Shown here piece after piece: positions 20,376-30,625 of a stretch of 64,000 bases of DNA. Positions within the stretch are counted from its first letter, which is position 1, and every line of letters begins with the position of its first letter. The notes under the pieces are model-generated. The model saw only the letters and a program-made list of their open reading frames with translations. It was not told where the DNA came from and ran no database searches. This DNA is from Chloroflexota bacterium (GTDB lineage Bacteria; Chloroflexota; Anaerolineae; Anaerolineales; UBA11579): positions 15,663 through 79,662 of the forward strand of contig JABFGG010000021.1 of NCBI GenBank assembly GCA_013112575.1. Direction: 5' to 3'. Both the position numbers and the translations under genes were made by a program.

Positions 20376-22124
20376 ATGCCCATACAAATCCTGCCGGATG
20401 AAGTTGCCTCCCAGATCGCTGCCGGGGAAGTGGTTGAACGCCCTGCCTCTGTGGTCAAAGAACTGGTCGAGAACAGCCTGGATGCTGGGGCCAGCTATAT
20501 TTCTATCACGATTGAAGGGGCCGGCCAAAAGCTCATTGAGGTGGCCGACGACGGCGTTGGCATCTCCCCTGACCAGTTGGAGCTGGCCCTCTCCCGGCAT
20601 GCCACCAGCAAACTACACAATGCCGCTGACTTGCAGCATATCGCCACACTCGGTTTTCGCGGCGAAGCTTTGGCTTCAATAGCTTCCGTTTCGCGTTTCA
20701 GCATTGTTTCGCGCCCCAAAGATTCGGAAGCCGGTGCCCAGTTGCAAGTGGATGGTGGCGAGGCGGGAACTTTAGAGCCAATCGGTGCTCCTGCGGGTAC
20801 TGTCGTGCGCGTCGAAGACCTTTTCTACAATGTGCCTGCTCGCCGTAAGTTCCTCAAAAAAGATGCCACCGAACGCCGCCAGATTGATGCATTGGTGACA
20901 CGTTATGCCCTAGCCTATCCCAATGTGCGTTTCCAATTGCGCCAGGAAAACCGCAGTAGTTTACAGACCAGCGGCAACGGCGATGCCCGTGAAGTGCTGG
21001 CCGCTCTTTACGGGGCTGATATCGCCCGCCAGATGCTGGAAGTCAACGCGGATTACGATGAAGTCAAGCTCACTGGTTTTATAAGTCCCACGGGTGTGAC
21101 GCGCGGCAACCGCCGTGAGATCACCTTTTTTGTTAATGGCCGCTGGGTACAGGACTATACATTGACTGCGGCCCTAGTGCAGGCCTACCACACCATGCTG
21201 ATGGTCGGGCGTTATCCTGTGGCTGTAGTCTTCTTGCAGGTTGACCCCGAATTGGTAGATGTCAACGTGCATCCGGCCAAATCAGAGGTGCGTTTCCAGC
21301 AGCGCGACCAGATCTTCAGCAGCGTGCAGCGTGCTACCCGGCGTGCTTTGCTGGCTTACACGCCAGTGCCCACCATGGACTTTAACGCCCAAACACGCTG
21401 GACACCTGCCGAGCCTCAAACCTACCAGCAACGCACTGTTGGCCCCGCCTGGGATATGGCAGGTGAGGCATCTGGTGAAGAACAGGACCAAGAAGAAACG
21501 ACTGAAACCCAAACACCTCTGCCGCGCAGTGATGTACCTTTATTACGATTGGTGGGGCAGGTGGGCAGTGCTTATCTGGTGGCGGAAGGACCTGACGGCT
21601 TGTACCTGATCGACCAGCATGCCGCTCACGAACGTGTGCTCTTCGAGCGTTTCATGCAGCAGCTTAAAGAACAGGTCAACGCCATCCCCTCACAGGCATT
21701 GCTGGAGCCGGTGACTGTAGAACTATCCTCTCAGGAAACACGCTTGCTTGAAGACCAACTCAGTGTGATGCAATCTCTGGGCTTTGGGGTTGAACCATTT
21801 GGGCCTGACACCTTCATCTTGCGGGCTATGCCTGCCTTGTTATTAGGCAGCGATCCAATGGAAGCTTTGCGTGTGGTGATCGAGGATTTTGAAGAAGATG
21901 AAACTCCTCTGCAAGATCAAATAGAAGCAAAAGTCATCGCGCGTGTATGCAAACGTGCTGCCGTCAAAGCCGGTCAAAATCTTTCCCAAGAAGAACAGCG
22001 CGCCTTGCTGCGCGACCTGGAAAACAGCAAGTCGCCGCGTACCTGCCCACATGGCAGACCGACCATGATCCACTTGTCTATTGATTTACTAGAAGGGCAA
22101 TTTGGGCGGAAGGGTGCGCGTTAG
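20376..22124 (+). CDS. mutL: DNA mismatch repair endonuclease MutL
   Basis: IAAGEVVERP, GFRGEAL, DQHAAHER, CPHGRP. Confidence 0.97.
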   Translation: MPIQILPDEVASQIAAGEVVERPASVVKELVENSLDAGASYISITIEGAGQKLIEVADDGVGISPDQLELALSRHATSKLHNAADLQHIATLGFRGEALASIASVSRFSIVSRPKDSEAGAQLQVDGGEAGTLEPIGAPAGTVVRVEDLFYNVPARRKFLKKDATERRQIDALVTRYALAYPNVRFQLRQENRSSLQTSGNGDAREVLAALYGADIARQMLEVNADYDEVKLTGFISPTGVTRGNRREITFFVNGRWVQDYTLTAALVQAYHTMLMVGRYPVAVVFLQVDPELVDVNVHPAKSEVRFQQRDQIFSSVQRATRRALLAYTPVPTMDFNAQTRWTPAEPQTYQQRTVGPAWDMAGEASGEEQDQEETTETQTPLPRSDVPLLRLVGQVGSAYLVAEGPDGLYLIDQHAAHERVLFERFMQQLKEQVNAIPSQALLEPVTVELSSQETRLLEDQLSVMQSLGFGVEPFGPDTFILRAMPALLLGSDPMEALRVVIEDFEEDETPLQDQIEAKVIARVCKRAAVKAGQNLSQEEQRALLRDLENSKSPRTCPHGRPTMIHLSIDLLEGQFGRKGAR

Positions 22125-23311
22125 CCACTGACCGGTAGGCTGACTGTCACTAGCGTACCTACGCTGACTTCGCTGTCCAGTTCGATCTGGCCCCCGTGAG
22201 CTTCCACGATCTTTTTACAGATAGATAGACCGAGGCCCGTACCTGTGGCATGTTGGTCGGAACCCGGCACACGATAGAACTTCTGAAAGAGCTCGCGGCG
22301 GTGTTCGGGCAATATGCCATGCCCAGTGTCTCGTATCTGGATGTTGATCGTCTTACCGTCAACCTGTGAACTGATGTGGATCGTCCCGCTGGGGCGGTTG
22401 TATTTAATGGCATTGCTGATCAGGTTCAGCAGGACTTGCTTGAGTTTGTCATAGTCCCCCTGCACCTTCGGCAGGCTGTCAGGCAGGTCTAGACCGACTT
22501 GTATGTTGCGTTCTTCAAGGCGGCTTTGCATCGTGTTGACGGCTTCTTTGAGCAGCACAACCAGATCTATTTCCTCAACCCGGAATTGGTAACGCCCCGA
22601 TTCCAGACGGGCGATATCCAGGAAGGCCGTGGTCATCTCAGATAAGCGCTGTGTTTCTTTGAAGATGGTTTCAGCCATCTGCATGCGTTGCTCTTCGGAG
22701 ATCTCCGGGCGCATGGACAGGTGGGCAGCAGTATTTAATGATGCCAACGGTGTGCGCAATTCATGTACCAGCTCGGCAATCAGGTCGGATTGCTGGAAGA
22801 GGCGTGCATTAACAATCGCAATGGCTGCCTGGGAACCCAATGCGCTGAGTACTTCCTGGTCTTCCTGGGTGAACTCGCCGACCTGTTTGTTGATCGCTTC
22901 TAGCACACCAATGACCTTGTCCTGCGTGATCATAGGGATACCCAGTAAGGAGATCGTCTTCACCTCTGTAGTTTCCCCGACCTCCCCAAAATGTTGCGGT
23001 TCATCACTGACATTGGAGATGCGTTCTGCGCGCCGCTCACGTACGATCTTTCCGGCGATGCTGCCGTCTACCGGCACGATCAAGCCACGCATCAAGCCGC
23101 TGTCCATATTGGTGGCTGCCTGGAAATACAGTTCTTCGTTGTTCTCGTCGTAGAGCAAGATCGAGGCTTCCTGCGCCCCGGTCAAGTCTGCAGCAGTGTG
23201 CACAATGCGGTTAAGCAACACGTCCAGGTCAAGGGTCGAAGAGAGGTTCCCGGCGACTTCGATCAGGCGCAGGAAACGCGCCGGGCGAGTGATTGGGTCG
23301 AGGTTAGACAT
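22121..23311 (-). CDS. GAF sensor histidine kinase
   Basis: GAF; HELRTPL; NLISNAIKY; GTGLGL. Confidence 0.9.
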   Translation of the reverse strand: MSNLDPITRPARFLRLIEVAGNLSSTLDLDVLLNRIVHTAADLTGAQEASILLYDENNEELYFQAATNMDSGLMRGLIVPVDGSIAGKIVRERRAERISNVSDEPQHFGEVGETTEVKTISLLGIPMITQDKVIGVLEAINKQVGEFTQEDQEVLSALGSQAAIAIVNARLFQQSDLIAELVHELRTPLASLNTAAHLSMRPEISEEQRMQMAETIFKETQRLSEMTTAFLDIARLESGRYQFRVEEIDLVVLLKEAVNTMQSRLEERNIQVGLDLPDSLPKVQGDYDKLKQVLLNLISNAIKYNRPSGTIHISSQVDGKTINIQIRDTGHGILPEHRRELFQKFYRVPGSDQHATGTGLGLSICKKIVEAHGGQIELDSEVSVGTLVTVSLPVSG

Positions 23312-24080
23312 TTGCAACGCTTTCCAGAATAGCAGGGAGAACTTCGGCAACGTCGGTGCGTAGTACTGCATCTGCACGCTCATCGAGGTAAGTAGCTGCG
23401 TTGTTTATGATGATCAAACTTGCTCCATTCTCCAGGCTGCGCATGGGTAAACCTGCAACAGGCATAACTTCCAATGATGAACCAACTACTAATATTACAT
23501 CAGCTTTGCGGGCGTGTGCCTCTGCCTTTTGAAACGTTTTTACGGGCAATTGTTCTCCCAATAAAATGGCATCCGGTTTGAGTACGTGCCCACAATCCCG
23601 GCAATGAGGGATTTCTCCATCTCGCACGTAGCTCTCCAAAAATTCGTTTACATTATAGGTTACATAACAACTCACGCAGGTTAGCGTGGATACAGTCCCA
23701 TGCACTTCGTGGACACGTTTGGAGCCAGCTTTTTGATGCAAGCCATCGATGTTTTGGGTGATGATGGCTTTGATGGAGCCAGAGCTTTCCAGCTTCGCCA
23801 GGGTGATGTGAGCTGCATTGGGTTCCGCCTGTGTGATACGTTCTGCCATCGGCTGAAACCAATTGTAAAAGCCTTCCGGCGAATGGCGGAAACTGATTAA
23901 TGAAGCCACTTCCCAGGGGTCATGATGGTGCCAAAGACCATCATCTTCTGAGCGGAAATCAGGGATGCCGGAAGGGGTTGAAATGCCTGCGCCGGATAGC
24001 ACGATTGCATGTTTCCCTTGCTGGATGATCTCGGCAGCCAGATTGATATTTTCTTGTTCGGTAATTGCCTGGGATGTCAC
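23304..24080 (-). CDS. cobB: NAD-dependent deacylase, Sir2 family
   Basis: GAGISTPSGIPDFRS, TQNIDGLH, HG, two CxxC, GSSL. Confidence 0.92.
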   Translation of the reverse strand: MTSQAITEQENINLAAEIIQQGKHAIVLSGAGISTPSGIPDFRSEDDGLWHHHDPWEVASLISFRHSPEGFYNWFQPMAERITQAEPNAAHITLAKLESSGSIKAIITQNIDGLHQKAGSKRVHEVHGTVSTLTCVSCYVTYNVNEFLESYVRDGEIPHCRDCGHVLKPDAILLGEQLPVKTFQKAEAHARKADVILVVGSSLEVMPVAGLPMRSLENGASLIIINNAATYLDERADAVLRTDVAEVLPAILESVANV

Positions 24081-25246
24081 GATGGCGTGGCTTCAGCCTC
24101 ACGCGCGAAAGTATCCGCTAATTTGTTGAATTGCTGAGCAGTGAGACTATCGGCCTGTTGGTTGATCATGGCCACGTGCCGCGCTGCAGCCTGGTATGCC
24201 AATTCGGGGGCTGGCGTGAAAACTCCCGCCAGGGGGATACGTACAGCTTCTTCCACCTTGGCGCTGGGTAGGGTGATCTCCAAACGGCTGCGGTTGATAA
24301 GGACGGGCCTGATCTTGTCTTTTTCAACCCCTAAGGTTTCCAGACCTTCCAGTAGTAACTGTGTCTTTTGCAAAGTTAAACGACGGGGGTCAACCACTAC
24401 GATGATCTCATCGCACATAGGGATCAACTTGCGGTTGCTCAGTGTTAATCCGGTACCCATATCCAATATCGTGTAAGGGGCTAGCCGTGACAGATGGCCT
24501 GCCATGGCTTGTAACTGTTCCCAGGAATTGCTTAAATCTTCATCCATAGGCAATGCAGAGGAAACCATCAGCAGGATGCCTGATCCGTGGGCGATCAGTT
24601 CGTCCTCTACGTCTTTCAGGCCGATCTCCTGAGGGGGACGTTTCAGCAAATTAATCTGTCCGTCCGACTCGGAGTATCCTAAGTAGAAGCCAATGTCCCC
24701 TTTGCCAGGGCGTGTCTCTGCCACGATCACATATTCATCGGTGCGCTGGTGAAGACTAATGCCGAGGTTGATAGCCAGGGTAGAAACACCAAGGCCGCCT
24801 TTAGCGGAGAGGATGCCGATTACGTGACCCGGCTTGAGATGTTCGGCTGTATCTTCGAGGTTCAGCGAACCCGTCTTGGGACGGTTGAGGATCGTTTTGA
24901 CACGGGCAATCAATTCGGCAGGATGTGTGGGTTTTGTCAAGTAGTCATCTGCCCCAGCTTCAAAGCCTTCGACTTTATCATCCACCTGGGCCTTAGCTGT
25001 GAACAAGACGATTGGGATAAAGGCCGTATTGTCCATCATACGCAGGCGGCGCGTGACTTCATAGCCATCCATACCCGGCATCATTACGTCGAGCAGGATC
25101 AGGTCTGGCGTTTCGTTTTGGGCGATTTCCAGGGCTTTAACGCCGTTGTTGGCGGCCAAGATCTGAAAACCCTGGCGTTCCAGCATCGTACCAACGAGTT
25201 GTAGGGTGTCGATATCGTCATCTACAATGAGGATTTTGCCGGACAT
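24077..25246 (-). CDS. Response regulator with CpaE/TadZ-like (MinD/ParA-type) domain
   Basis: Intact REC domain; SAKGGLGVST deviant P-loop. Confidence 0.8.
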   Translation of the reverse strand: MSGKILIVDDDIDTLQLVGTMLERQGFQILAANNGVKALEIAQNETPDLILLDVMMPGMDGYEVTRRLRMMDNTAFIPIVLFTAKAQVDDKVEGFEAGADDYLTKPTHPAELIARVKTILNRPKTGSLNLEDTAEHLKPGHVIGILSAKGGLGVSTLAINLGISLHQRTDEYVIVAETRPGKGDIGFYLGYSESDGQINLLKRPPQEIGLKDVEDELIAHGSGILLMVSSALPMDEDLSNSWEQLQAMAGHLSRLAPYTILDMGTGLTLSNRKLIPMCDEIIVVVDPRRLTLQKTQLLLEGLETLGVEKDKIRPVLINRSRLEITLPSAKVEEAVRIPLAGVFTPAPELAYQAAARHVAMINQQADSLTAQQFNKLADTFAREAEATPS

Positions 25247-25369
25247 TGAGGGGCTCCTGATGGATACAGCATTGTCTAATTAATCCAGTCTAGCATAAAG
25301 CCAATAATGCGACAAGGGCGGCCCTCTTAGAGCGAATTCCTTGCGGTCAGAATGCTATAATCGCCGTAA

Positions 25370-26809
25370 ATGCTGGAAAATCTGAGCCAAATCCTTGAAC
25401 ATGAGTGTGAATTGGATGCAACAAGCCCCATGGTTGTTGGGGTTTCGGGCGGCCCAGATAGTTTGTGTTTGTTGCATGCCATGCACACTTTGGGATATGA
25501 GCTTGTCGTAGCGCACTTTGACCACGCTTTACGCTCAGAATCAGCCGCCGATGCCGAAAAGGTAGAGCAGTTTTGCAAAGAAATGGGTTTGACCATTGAA
25601 ATTGAGCGGGAAGATACTGGTGTTTATGCTAAAGAAAACGCACTGTCTATCGAAGAAGCAGCCCGTGAATGTCGCTATACCTTTCTATATAAATTAGCTG
25701 AACGTCACAACGCTCAGGCCGTGGCTGTAGGGCACAATGCCGACGACCAGGTTGAAACTGTTCTGATGCACTTGTTGCGCGGCGCGGGACTGGATGGGCT
25801 TAGGGGTATGCAAATGCACAGTGTGGGCACAGGCTGGAGTCAAACCATTCCTCTTGTGCGGCCGCTGCTTTCAACCTGGCGCGACGATATCCTGGCCTAT
25901 TGTGAGCAAAATGACCTTGAGCCTCTTTTTGACCGCAGCAATCTGGATACCACCTACTTCCGTAACCGCCTGCGCCACGAACTCCTCCCAGACCTGGAAA
26001 GTTACAATCCACAAGTCAGGGCGCAATTATGGCGTATGGCGGAAACCCTCGGGGGCGATCAGCAGATTGTTGAACAGCATATCGATATTGTTTGGAATAG
26101 CATTCTAGTAGAAGAAAACATAACTCATTTGGCTGTAAATCGTGAAATTTTTTTGAAAGAGAACTCTGGGGTGCAACGCAGGCTTTTGAGACGTGCCCTG
26201 ACTCAGCTTCGCCCAGGTTTGCGCGACCTGGATTTTGCCTCAATCCAGAGAGCCATTGATGCGATCAAAGACCCGCCCGCCAGCGGCCAATGTGACCTTA
26301 TGGCTGGCTTACGCTTATTGGTTGAAAATGATCAGTTTTGGCTGGCTGGCTGGGAAGCGGAAATACCAGTGTCCGCAGATTGGCCGCAAATCCCTGAAGG
26401 TGAACCTTGTCGCGTTGACATCCCTGGAGAAATTACCGTGGGTGAAGGCTGGCGTTTGAAGGTTGAAGGGATTGCAGAAGCTGAAACAGATTTAGATACT
26501 GGGGACCCATTTCAAACTCTCCTGTCAGCCGACAACCTGGAAGATTCTCTGCTTATCAGAGGTAGGCAGTGGGGGGATCGCTTTGCACCTTTGGGGATGG
26601 ATGGACATTCCCTCAAACTAAGTGATTTCTTTATCAATGAGAAGCTACCCAAACGGGCGCGCGACGGCTGGCCTCTGCTGTGCGCTGGAGATGAGATTAT
26701 TTGGGTTTCCGGCTTTCGTCCTTCTCACCGTTTTCGTGTGACAGAGGCGACGGAGAAAATGATTCATCTGCATCTGTATCGTCAAAAAGATGACAAATTG
26801 ACAAATTAA
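25370..26809 (+). CDS. tilS: tRNA(Ile)-lysidine synthetase
   Basis: SGGPDS, HNADDQVET, RPLL, RNRLRH. Confidence 0.95.
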   Translation: MLENLSQILEHECELDATSPMVVGVSGGPDSLCLLHAMHTLGYELVVAHFDHALRSESAADAEKVEQFCKEMGLTIEIEREDTGVYAKENALSIEEAARECRYTFLYKLAERHNAQAVAVGHNADDQVETVLMHLLRGAGLDGLRGMQMHSVGTGWSQTIPLVRPLLSTWRDDILAYCEQNDLEPLFDRSNLDTTYFRNRLRHELLPDLESYNPQVRAQLWRMAETLGGDQQIVEQHIDIVWNSILVEENITHLAVNREIFLKENSGVQRRLLRRALTQLRPGLRDLDFASIQRAIDAIKDPPASGQCDLMAGLRLLVENDQFWLAGWEAEIPVSADWPQIPEGEPCRVDIPGEITVGEGWRLKVEGIAEAETDLDTGDPFQTLLSADNLEDSLLIRGRQWGDRFAPLGMDGHSLKLSDFFINEKLPKRARDGWPLLCAGDEIIWVSGFRPSHRFRVTEATEKMIHLHLYRQKDDKLTN

Positions 26810-26939
26810 AGCAATTTGTTCCTTTGAATGGAAACGGTGAATGCTCAATTATCTTTAGAGGAATTTCTCACAAGCTTGAAAAGACAAAAGTTGTCATCAG
26901 TATGATGAATAAAGAAAGGACAGGAAGATGGACTGTAAA

Positions 26940-27345
26940 TAGGTTCACAGAGACCGTCTTAGAGTGTGGATCGCTGTGTCCATCCAAAACCAGCCTGAAC
27001 AGGTCAGGGGTGTATGAGCGCGTAATGGCTAGTGTGGCCTCACTAGATTATTCCGAGGAAGGCCAATGAAGACGCAAGCCGCCTATGCAGGTATCGAGGT
27101 CAGTAAAGCCAGCCTGAAGCTAGTTAGGTGTGGCCAGACCGGCACAGAGCAATTCCAGCTGGTTACATATCATCCTGATAACCAGGACAGCATCTCGCGA
27201 CATCTGGCCTACATGCAAGCTGAACGGCACCAGCTCGAACAAGATGTCCGCAGCCCTGGCCAGTGTTGTCCCTTTGGTGATCGTAATTTCGTGCGCAGTG
27301 TCCTGTACAAGTCCGGCTTTTCCGCCCGCGGTTACAATAGGTTAA
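26940..27345 (+). pseudogene. Internally deleted IS110-family transposase remnant with upstream non-coding region
   Basis: From ATG 27066, YAGIEVSKASL resembles the IS110 N-terminal GIDVSK motif. It is followed shortly by GDRNFVRSVLYKSGFSARGYN, which resembles the IS110 C-terminal G..xVRxxLYMAAxxA.xxN motif. Boundaries approximate. Confidence 0.6.
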
Positions 27346-27383
27346 CAATAGTTTTGGTTTTAGATTGGAGAAGGAGAAAAAAC

Positions 27384-27707
27384 ATGTGGGAAGAAAAATT
27401 AGCATTCTACGATGAGTTGGTCGAAAAATGCCCCCGCTTTGAAAGAAAGGGAAAAACCGGGCCCTATACCTCTGCCAACGGGCACATGTTCTCCTTCCTC
27501 AACAAAGATGCTGAATTCGGTATCCGCTTTTCCAAAGAAGTCCAGGAAAAGTACATCGAGGAATTTGATACCACTCTCTTTAAATCCCACGGCGCCGTCA
27601 TGCGCGGCTATATTCTCATCCCCGATCACATGTTTGAAGACCTGGATAAATTGGCCGAATTACTTGACGAGAGCTACGACTACGTCATGTCGCTCAAACC
27701 AAAATAA
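27384..27707 (+). CDS. Small TfoX-N-like hypothetical protein
   Basis: aggag RBS then MWEEKL...; PYTSANGHMFSFL and GAVMRGY motifs. Confidence 0.7.
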   Translation: MWEEKLAFYDELVEKCPRFERKGKTGPYTSANGHMFSFLNKDAEFGIRFSKEVQEKYIEEFDTTLFKSHGAVMRGYILIPDHMFEDLDKLAELLDESYDYVMSLKPK

Positions 27708-27795
27708 CCACCGCCTCTCACCACCCAACAAACCGCCAATTTGCACCAGTGGGGTTTGCTTAGCAAACTCCATATGTAGATGCAAAGCATCTACG

Positions 27796-28887
27796 TCAGT
27801 TACTATGTGTAAAGATATCGATCAGGTGCCGTCGAACCTCATCTGCGTCCGGCTCCAGGCACACAGAGATATTCGGTCTGGCATTTGGAATAACGTAAGT
27901 TTGGCCGGAGTGCGCCGATATGGTCCCATCTTCAGTCACTACACCCAGGCGCAGCGGCACAAAATCGCATAGTTCGGGTTCCATCATCAGGATAGCCGCC
28001 GTGGCATCCCACATCACGCCCTCACCGCCCCAGGCAGCCAGCATCGAATCCCACAGGTCCGCCGCCAGGTCGCCTATCTGTCCTCCCTGTCGCCAATGGT
28101 GGGTATCCCAACCATCCACACGCACCAGGTTAGTTGCATCCAGTGGCACCAGGTAGAGTTCCATGCCAGAATTAAAGACTTCCTCAGCAGCTACAGGGTC
28201 CGCGTAGATATTCCATTCAGCCCACACATTGTGCGAATTGGGGATCAGTTCACGTATATTCCCGGGCACATACACTGCCCCACCCATCAAATAAACGGCT
28301 TCGATATTTTCACGGATGCTCGGGTCATCTCGCAAAGCCTGTGCCAGGCTGGTGTAGGCCCCTGCGAAAAACAACGTTATCGGTTCAGGCGAGCTATGCA
28401 CTGTTGAGATGATCAGGTCGGCTGCCGGCGTGCTGGTGTAGCTGTGCCCCAGGTCTGGGATAAAGTTTAAGTCATACATATTCCAGAAGTTGTCAGCCAT
28501 TTCGGTGATCCAGACGGGGAAACTGTTGTTGCCTGCCAGGGGGGCATTGTCTCCGTTCCCCAGATCGATGCCTTTTATCCCGAAAACCTCCAGCATGTTG
28601 CCAATATGCTGAATATAGGTCGAGGGGGTGGCCTCGCCGTACGAAATGCTGATGACCTTCAGGTCTGCTTCCGGGTTGGCCAATAAATAAAGGTTGGCCA
28701 AAGTGCCATCCGGGCTGCCGTCATCATCGTAGATGATTGCAACCCGCTCTAGCCGCTTGCTGGGTTGTGGGTGGTAAGCACTGCTGGGTGACCCACGTGT
28801 GTCTCCCTGGGCTTCTGGATTGTTCCATCCGCCAATTAATAATGACGAAAGTATGATGAGTGGGATCAGACCGAATAGCCGTTTCAT
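27796..28887 (-). CDS. Nucleoside hydrolase (IU-NH family) with N-terminal signal peptide
   Basis: DDDGSPDG, MGGA, AEWNIYADP.AA, LDAT, WD; MKRLFGLIPLIILSSLLIGG leader. Confidence 0.8.
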   Translation of the reverse strand: MKRLFGLIPLIILSSLLIGGWNNPEAQGDTRGSPSSAYHPQPSKRLERVAIIYDDDGSPDGTLANLYLLANPEADLKVISISYGEATPSTYIQHIGNMLEVFGIKGIDLGNGDNAPLAGNNSFPVWITEMADNFWNMYDLNFIPDLGHSYTSTPAADLIISTVHSSPEPITLFFAGAYTSLAQALRDDPSIRENIEAVYLMGGAVYVPGNIRELIPNSHNVWAEWNIYADPVAAEEVFNSGMELYLVPLDATNLVRVDGWDTHHWRQGGQIGDLAADLWDSMLAAWGGEGVMWDATAAILMMEPELCDFVPLRLGVVTEDGTISAHSGQTYVIPNARPNISVCLEPDADEVRRHLIDIFTHSN

Positions 28888-29204
28888 TTCATCCTCCTCA
28901 TTGCACAAAGCCAAAATTAAATTGTACAGACTATTTCACCCTTATTCAAATCCATAATAGATAAGCATTGTCCTAATCAATTATCCCTGCACACTGCAAG
29001 CTAACCCACCTTAGAAGCGCTCCCCGCTTTTGGCTATTCACCTCAAATTGCGTTTGTCAGACAAGTACTAGGACCACCCCCTTATACATCTACATGAACG
29101 ACGCAATAGTGCTATTGCGTCGTTATCTATTCTGCTTGGAGTTTGTTAACTATAATCTGGTAGAGTTTGGCATAGCCAAACTCTTAAAGCCAATCAAAGA
29201 TTGG

Positions 29205-29819
29205 CTAGGGGGCTTGTGCCTCTGGCGATTTATTCTGGTTAAAGGTCACAAAATCACGCGCCGCTACATGGTCAAAGCTTTCAAAAGGTTGGATCTGACC
29301 CCAGGAGGTCATCACTAACGGCACGTCAATCGAATTCCAGGGGAAGGCGATCACTTCCAGGAAATTGAAATCGCTCATCACACTCTGGATGCCCTCTTTT
29401 AGATCTGTACATTCATTTTCACTAATGATCTCGCAGTTGTACCAGAAGATCACATAGCCATGCTCCATGCTATGTACGATGTGTGCCTGGGGCTGTCCAG
29501 CATCATAACCTGCCGGTGTATCTTCAAAAAAACCGGCAGGCAAAGGGCGGGCATAATGTTCCCCCGAGGTTGGTGGATCGGTGTTGTAATCGACTGGCGT
29601 CCCCTCATCTACATGCAGGATGCTCTCCATCAATTCGGCAGTTTCCCCAGTCGTGGATTGAGATGAGCGCCACAGCGCAAAACCGACCTGCCATGCCGCA
29701 TAGCCAACGAAAGCCAGCGCGCCAATAATAAAAGCACCCCAGATGAATTGCGATCTGCGTTTCTGGCTCTGACGCTTTTGGCGGGAGCGCTCACGTCGGC
29801 TTTGCGGTTTGTTGGCCAT
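29205..29819 (-). CDS. DUF3105 family membrane-anchored protein
   Basis: YNTDPPTSGEH, VHSMEHG, SWG. Confidence 0.8.
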   Translation of the reverse strand: MANKPQSRRERSRQKRQSQKRRSQFIWGAFIIGALAFVGYAAWQVGFALWRSSQSTTGETAELMESILHVDEGTPVDYNTDPPTSGEHYARPLPAGFFEDTPAGYDAGQPQAHIVHSMEHGYVIFWYNCEIISENECTDLKEGIQSVMSDFNFLEVIAFPWNSIDVPLVMTSWGQIQPFESFDHVAARDFVTFNQNKSPEAQAP

Positions 29820-30505
29820 TAATTAGAGGAAGCCAGCAAGCTGTCGATCGTCTGTTGGAATGTGGAGAACGGCTGTGCACCGGAGATCTCAAGCCGTCCG
29901 TTGATCACGAAGGCTGGCGTACCTGTCACGCCCAGCCCGGAGGCATATTCCACGTTTCCCTGAACCAGTTCTGTTTTGGCACCAGAGTCCATACACTCAT
30001 TAAATGTATTTACATCCAGGCCAAGGTCCCGGGCGTGGTTGGTCATCGCCAGATTGTTCGGAGCCAGATTGAACTCATTGTATAGTTCGTCGTGGAAATC
30101 CCAAAAGCGGCCCTGGTCCCCAGCACAATAACTGGCCTCGGCCGTAATTTGTGAGCCAAGCCCTTGATATGGCAGCGCGTGAAAGATGTAGTAAACATCC
30201 CCAGTTGCCACGTATTGTTCAATGACTGCTTCGGATGTTTCCATGTAATAATCCTGGCAGTGACCGCAGAGAAAATCCCCAAATTCTTCGAGCACTACGG
30301 GAGCATCAGGGTTGCCCAGCCGGAAGCCATCTTCCATGGGGTGATTGCGCGGGGGAATTTCGGGGCCGGGCCGGAAGTTGGTCCAGGCGATCCAGCCGAC
30401 AATGGCAACTGCGGCGACCCCAATAAGGGCCATATTGCGCATCTGACCCTGGCGTTCTTTCTGACGACGAGCTTGCAAGCGTTCCTGACGTTTGTTTTGA
30501 GCCAT
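29819..30505 (-). CDS. DsbA/thioredoxin-fold membrane-anchored protein
   Basis: LGNPDAPV, CGHC, GVTGTPAF. Confidence 0.88.
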   Translation of the reverse strand: MAQNKRQERLQARRQKERQGQMRNMALIGVAAVAIVGWIAWTNFRPGPEIPPRNHPMEDGFRLGNPDAPVVLEEFGDFLCGHCQDYYMETSEAVIEQYVATGDVYYIFHALPYQGLGSQITAEASYCAGDQGRFWDFHDELYNEFNLAPNNLAMTNHARDLGLDVNTFNECMDSGAKTELVQGNVEYASGLGVTGTPAFVINGRLEISGAQPFSTFQQTIDSLLASSN

Positions 30506-30625
30506 ACTTAAATTTCCTCAATGAAATAATGATTTTTTTCCAGACGTTTTATTCTGCCATGAGTGACAAACTTTGTCTAGAAGATAGAGGATATTCTTAG
30601 CGAGTTTTAAGCTGGGAAAGGGTGA

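Noticed and set aside
23304-24080. Sir2 as a defence effector
   Set aside because: Classical Zn-binding CobB-type deacylase in a host-like operon, not a Thoeris/DSR-type SIR2.
27066-27707. Single 213-aa gene
   Set aside because: Chance in-frame join of the IS110 relic with a separate gene that has its own RBS and ATG at 27384.
1662-29090. Shared acaagtactag motif at ~1662 and ~29061
   Set aside because: Only 11 bp and two copies; cannot be distinguished from chance without a genome-wide count.
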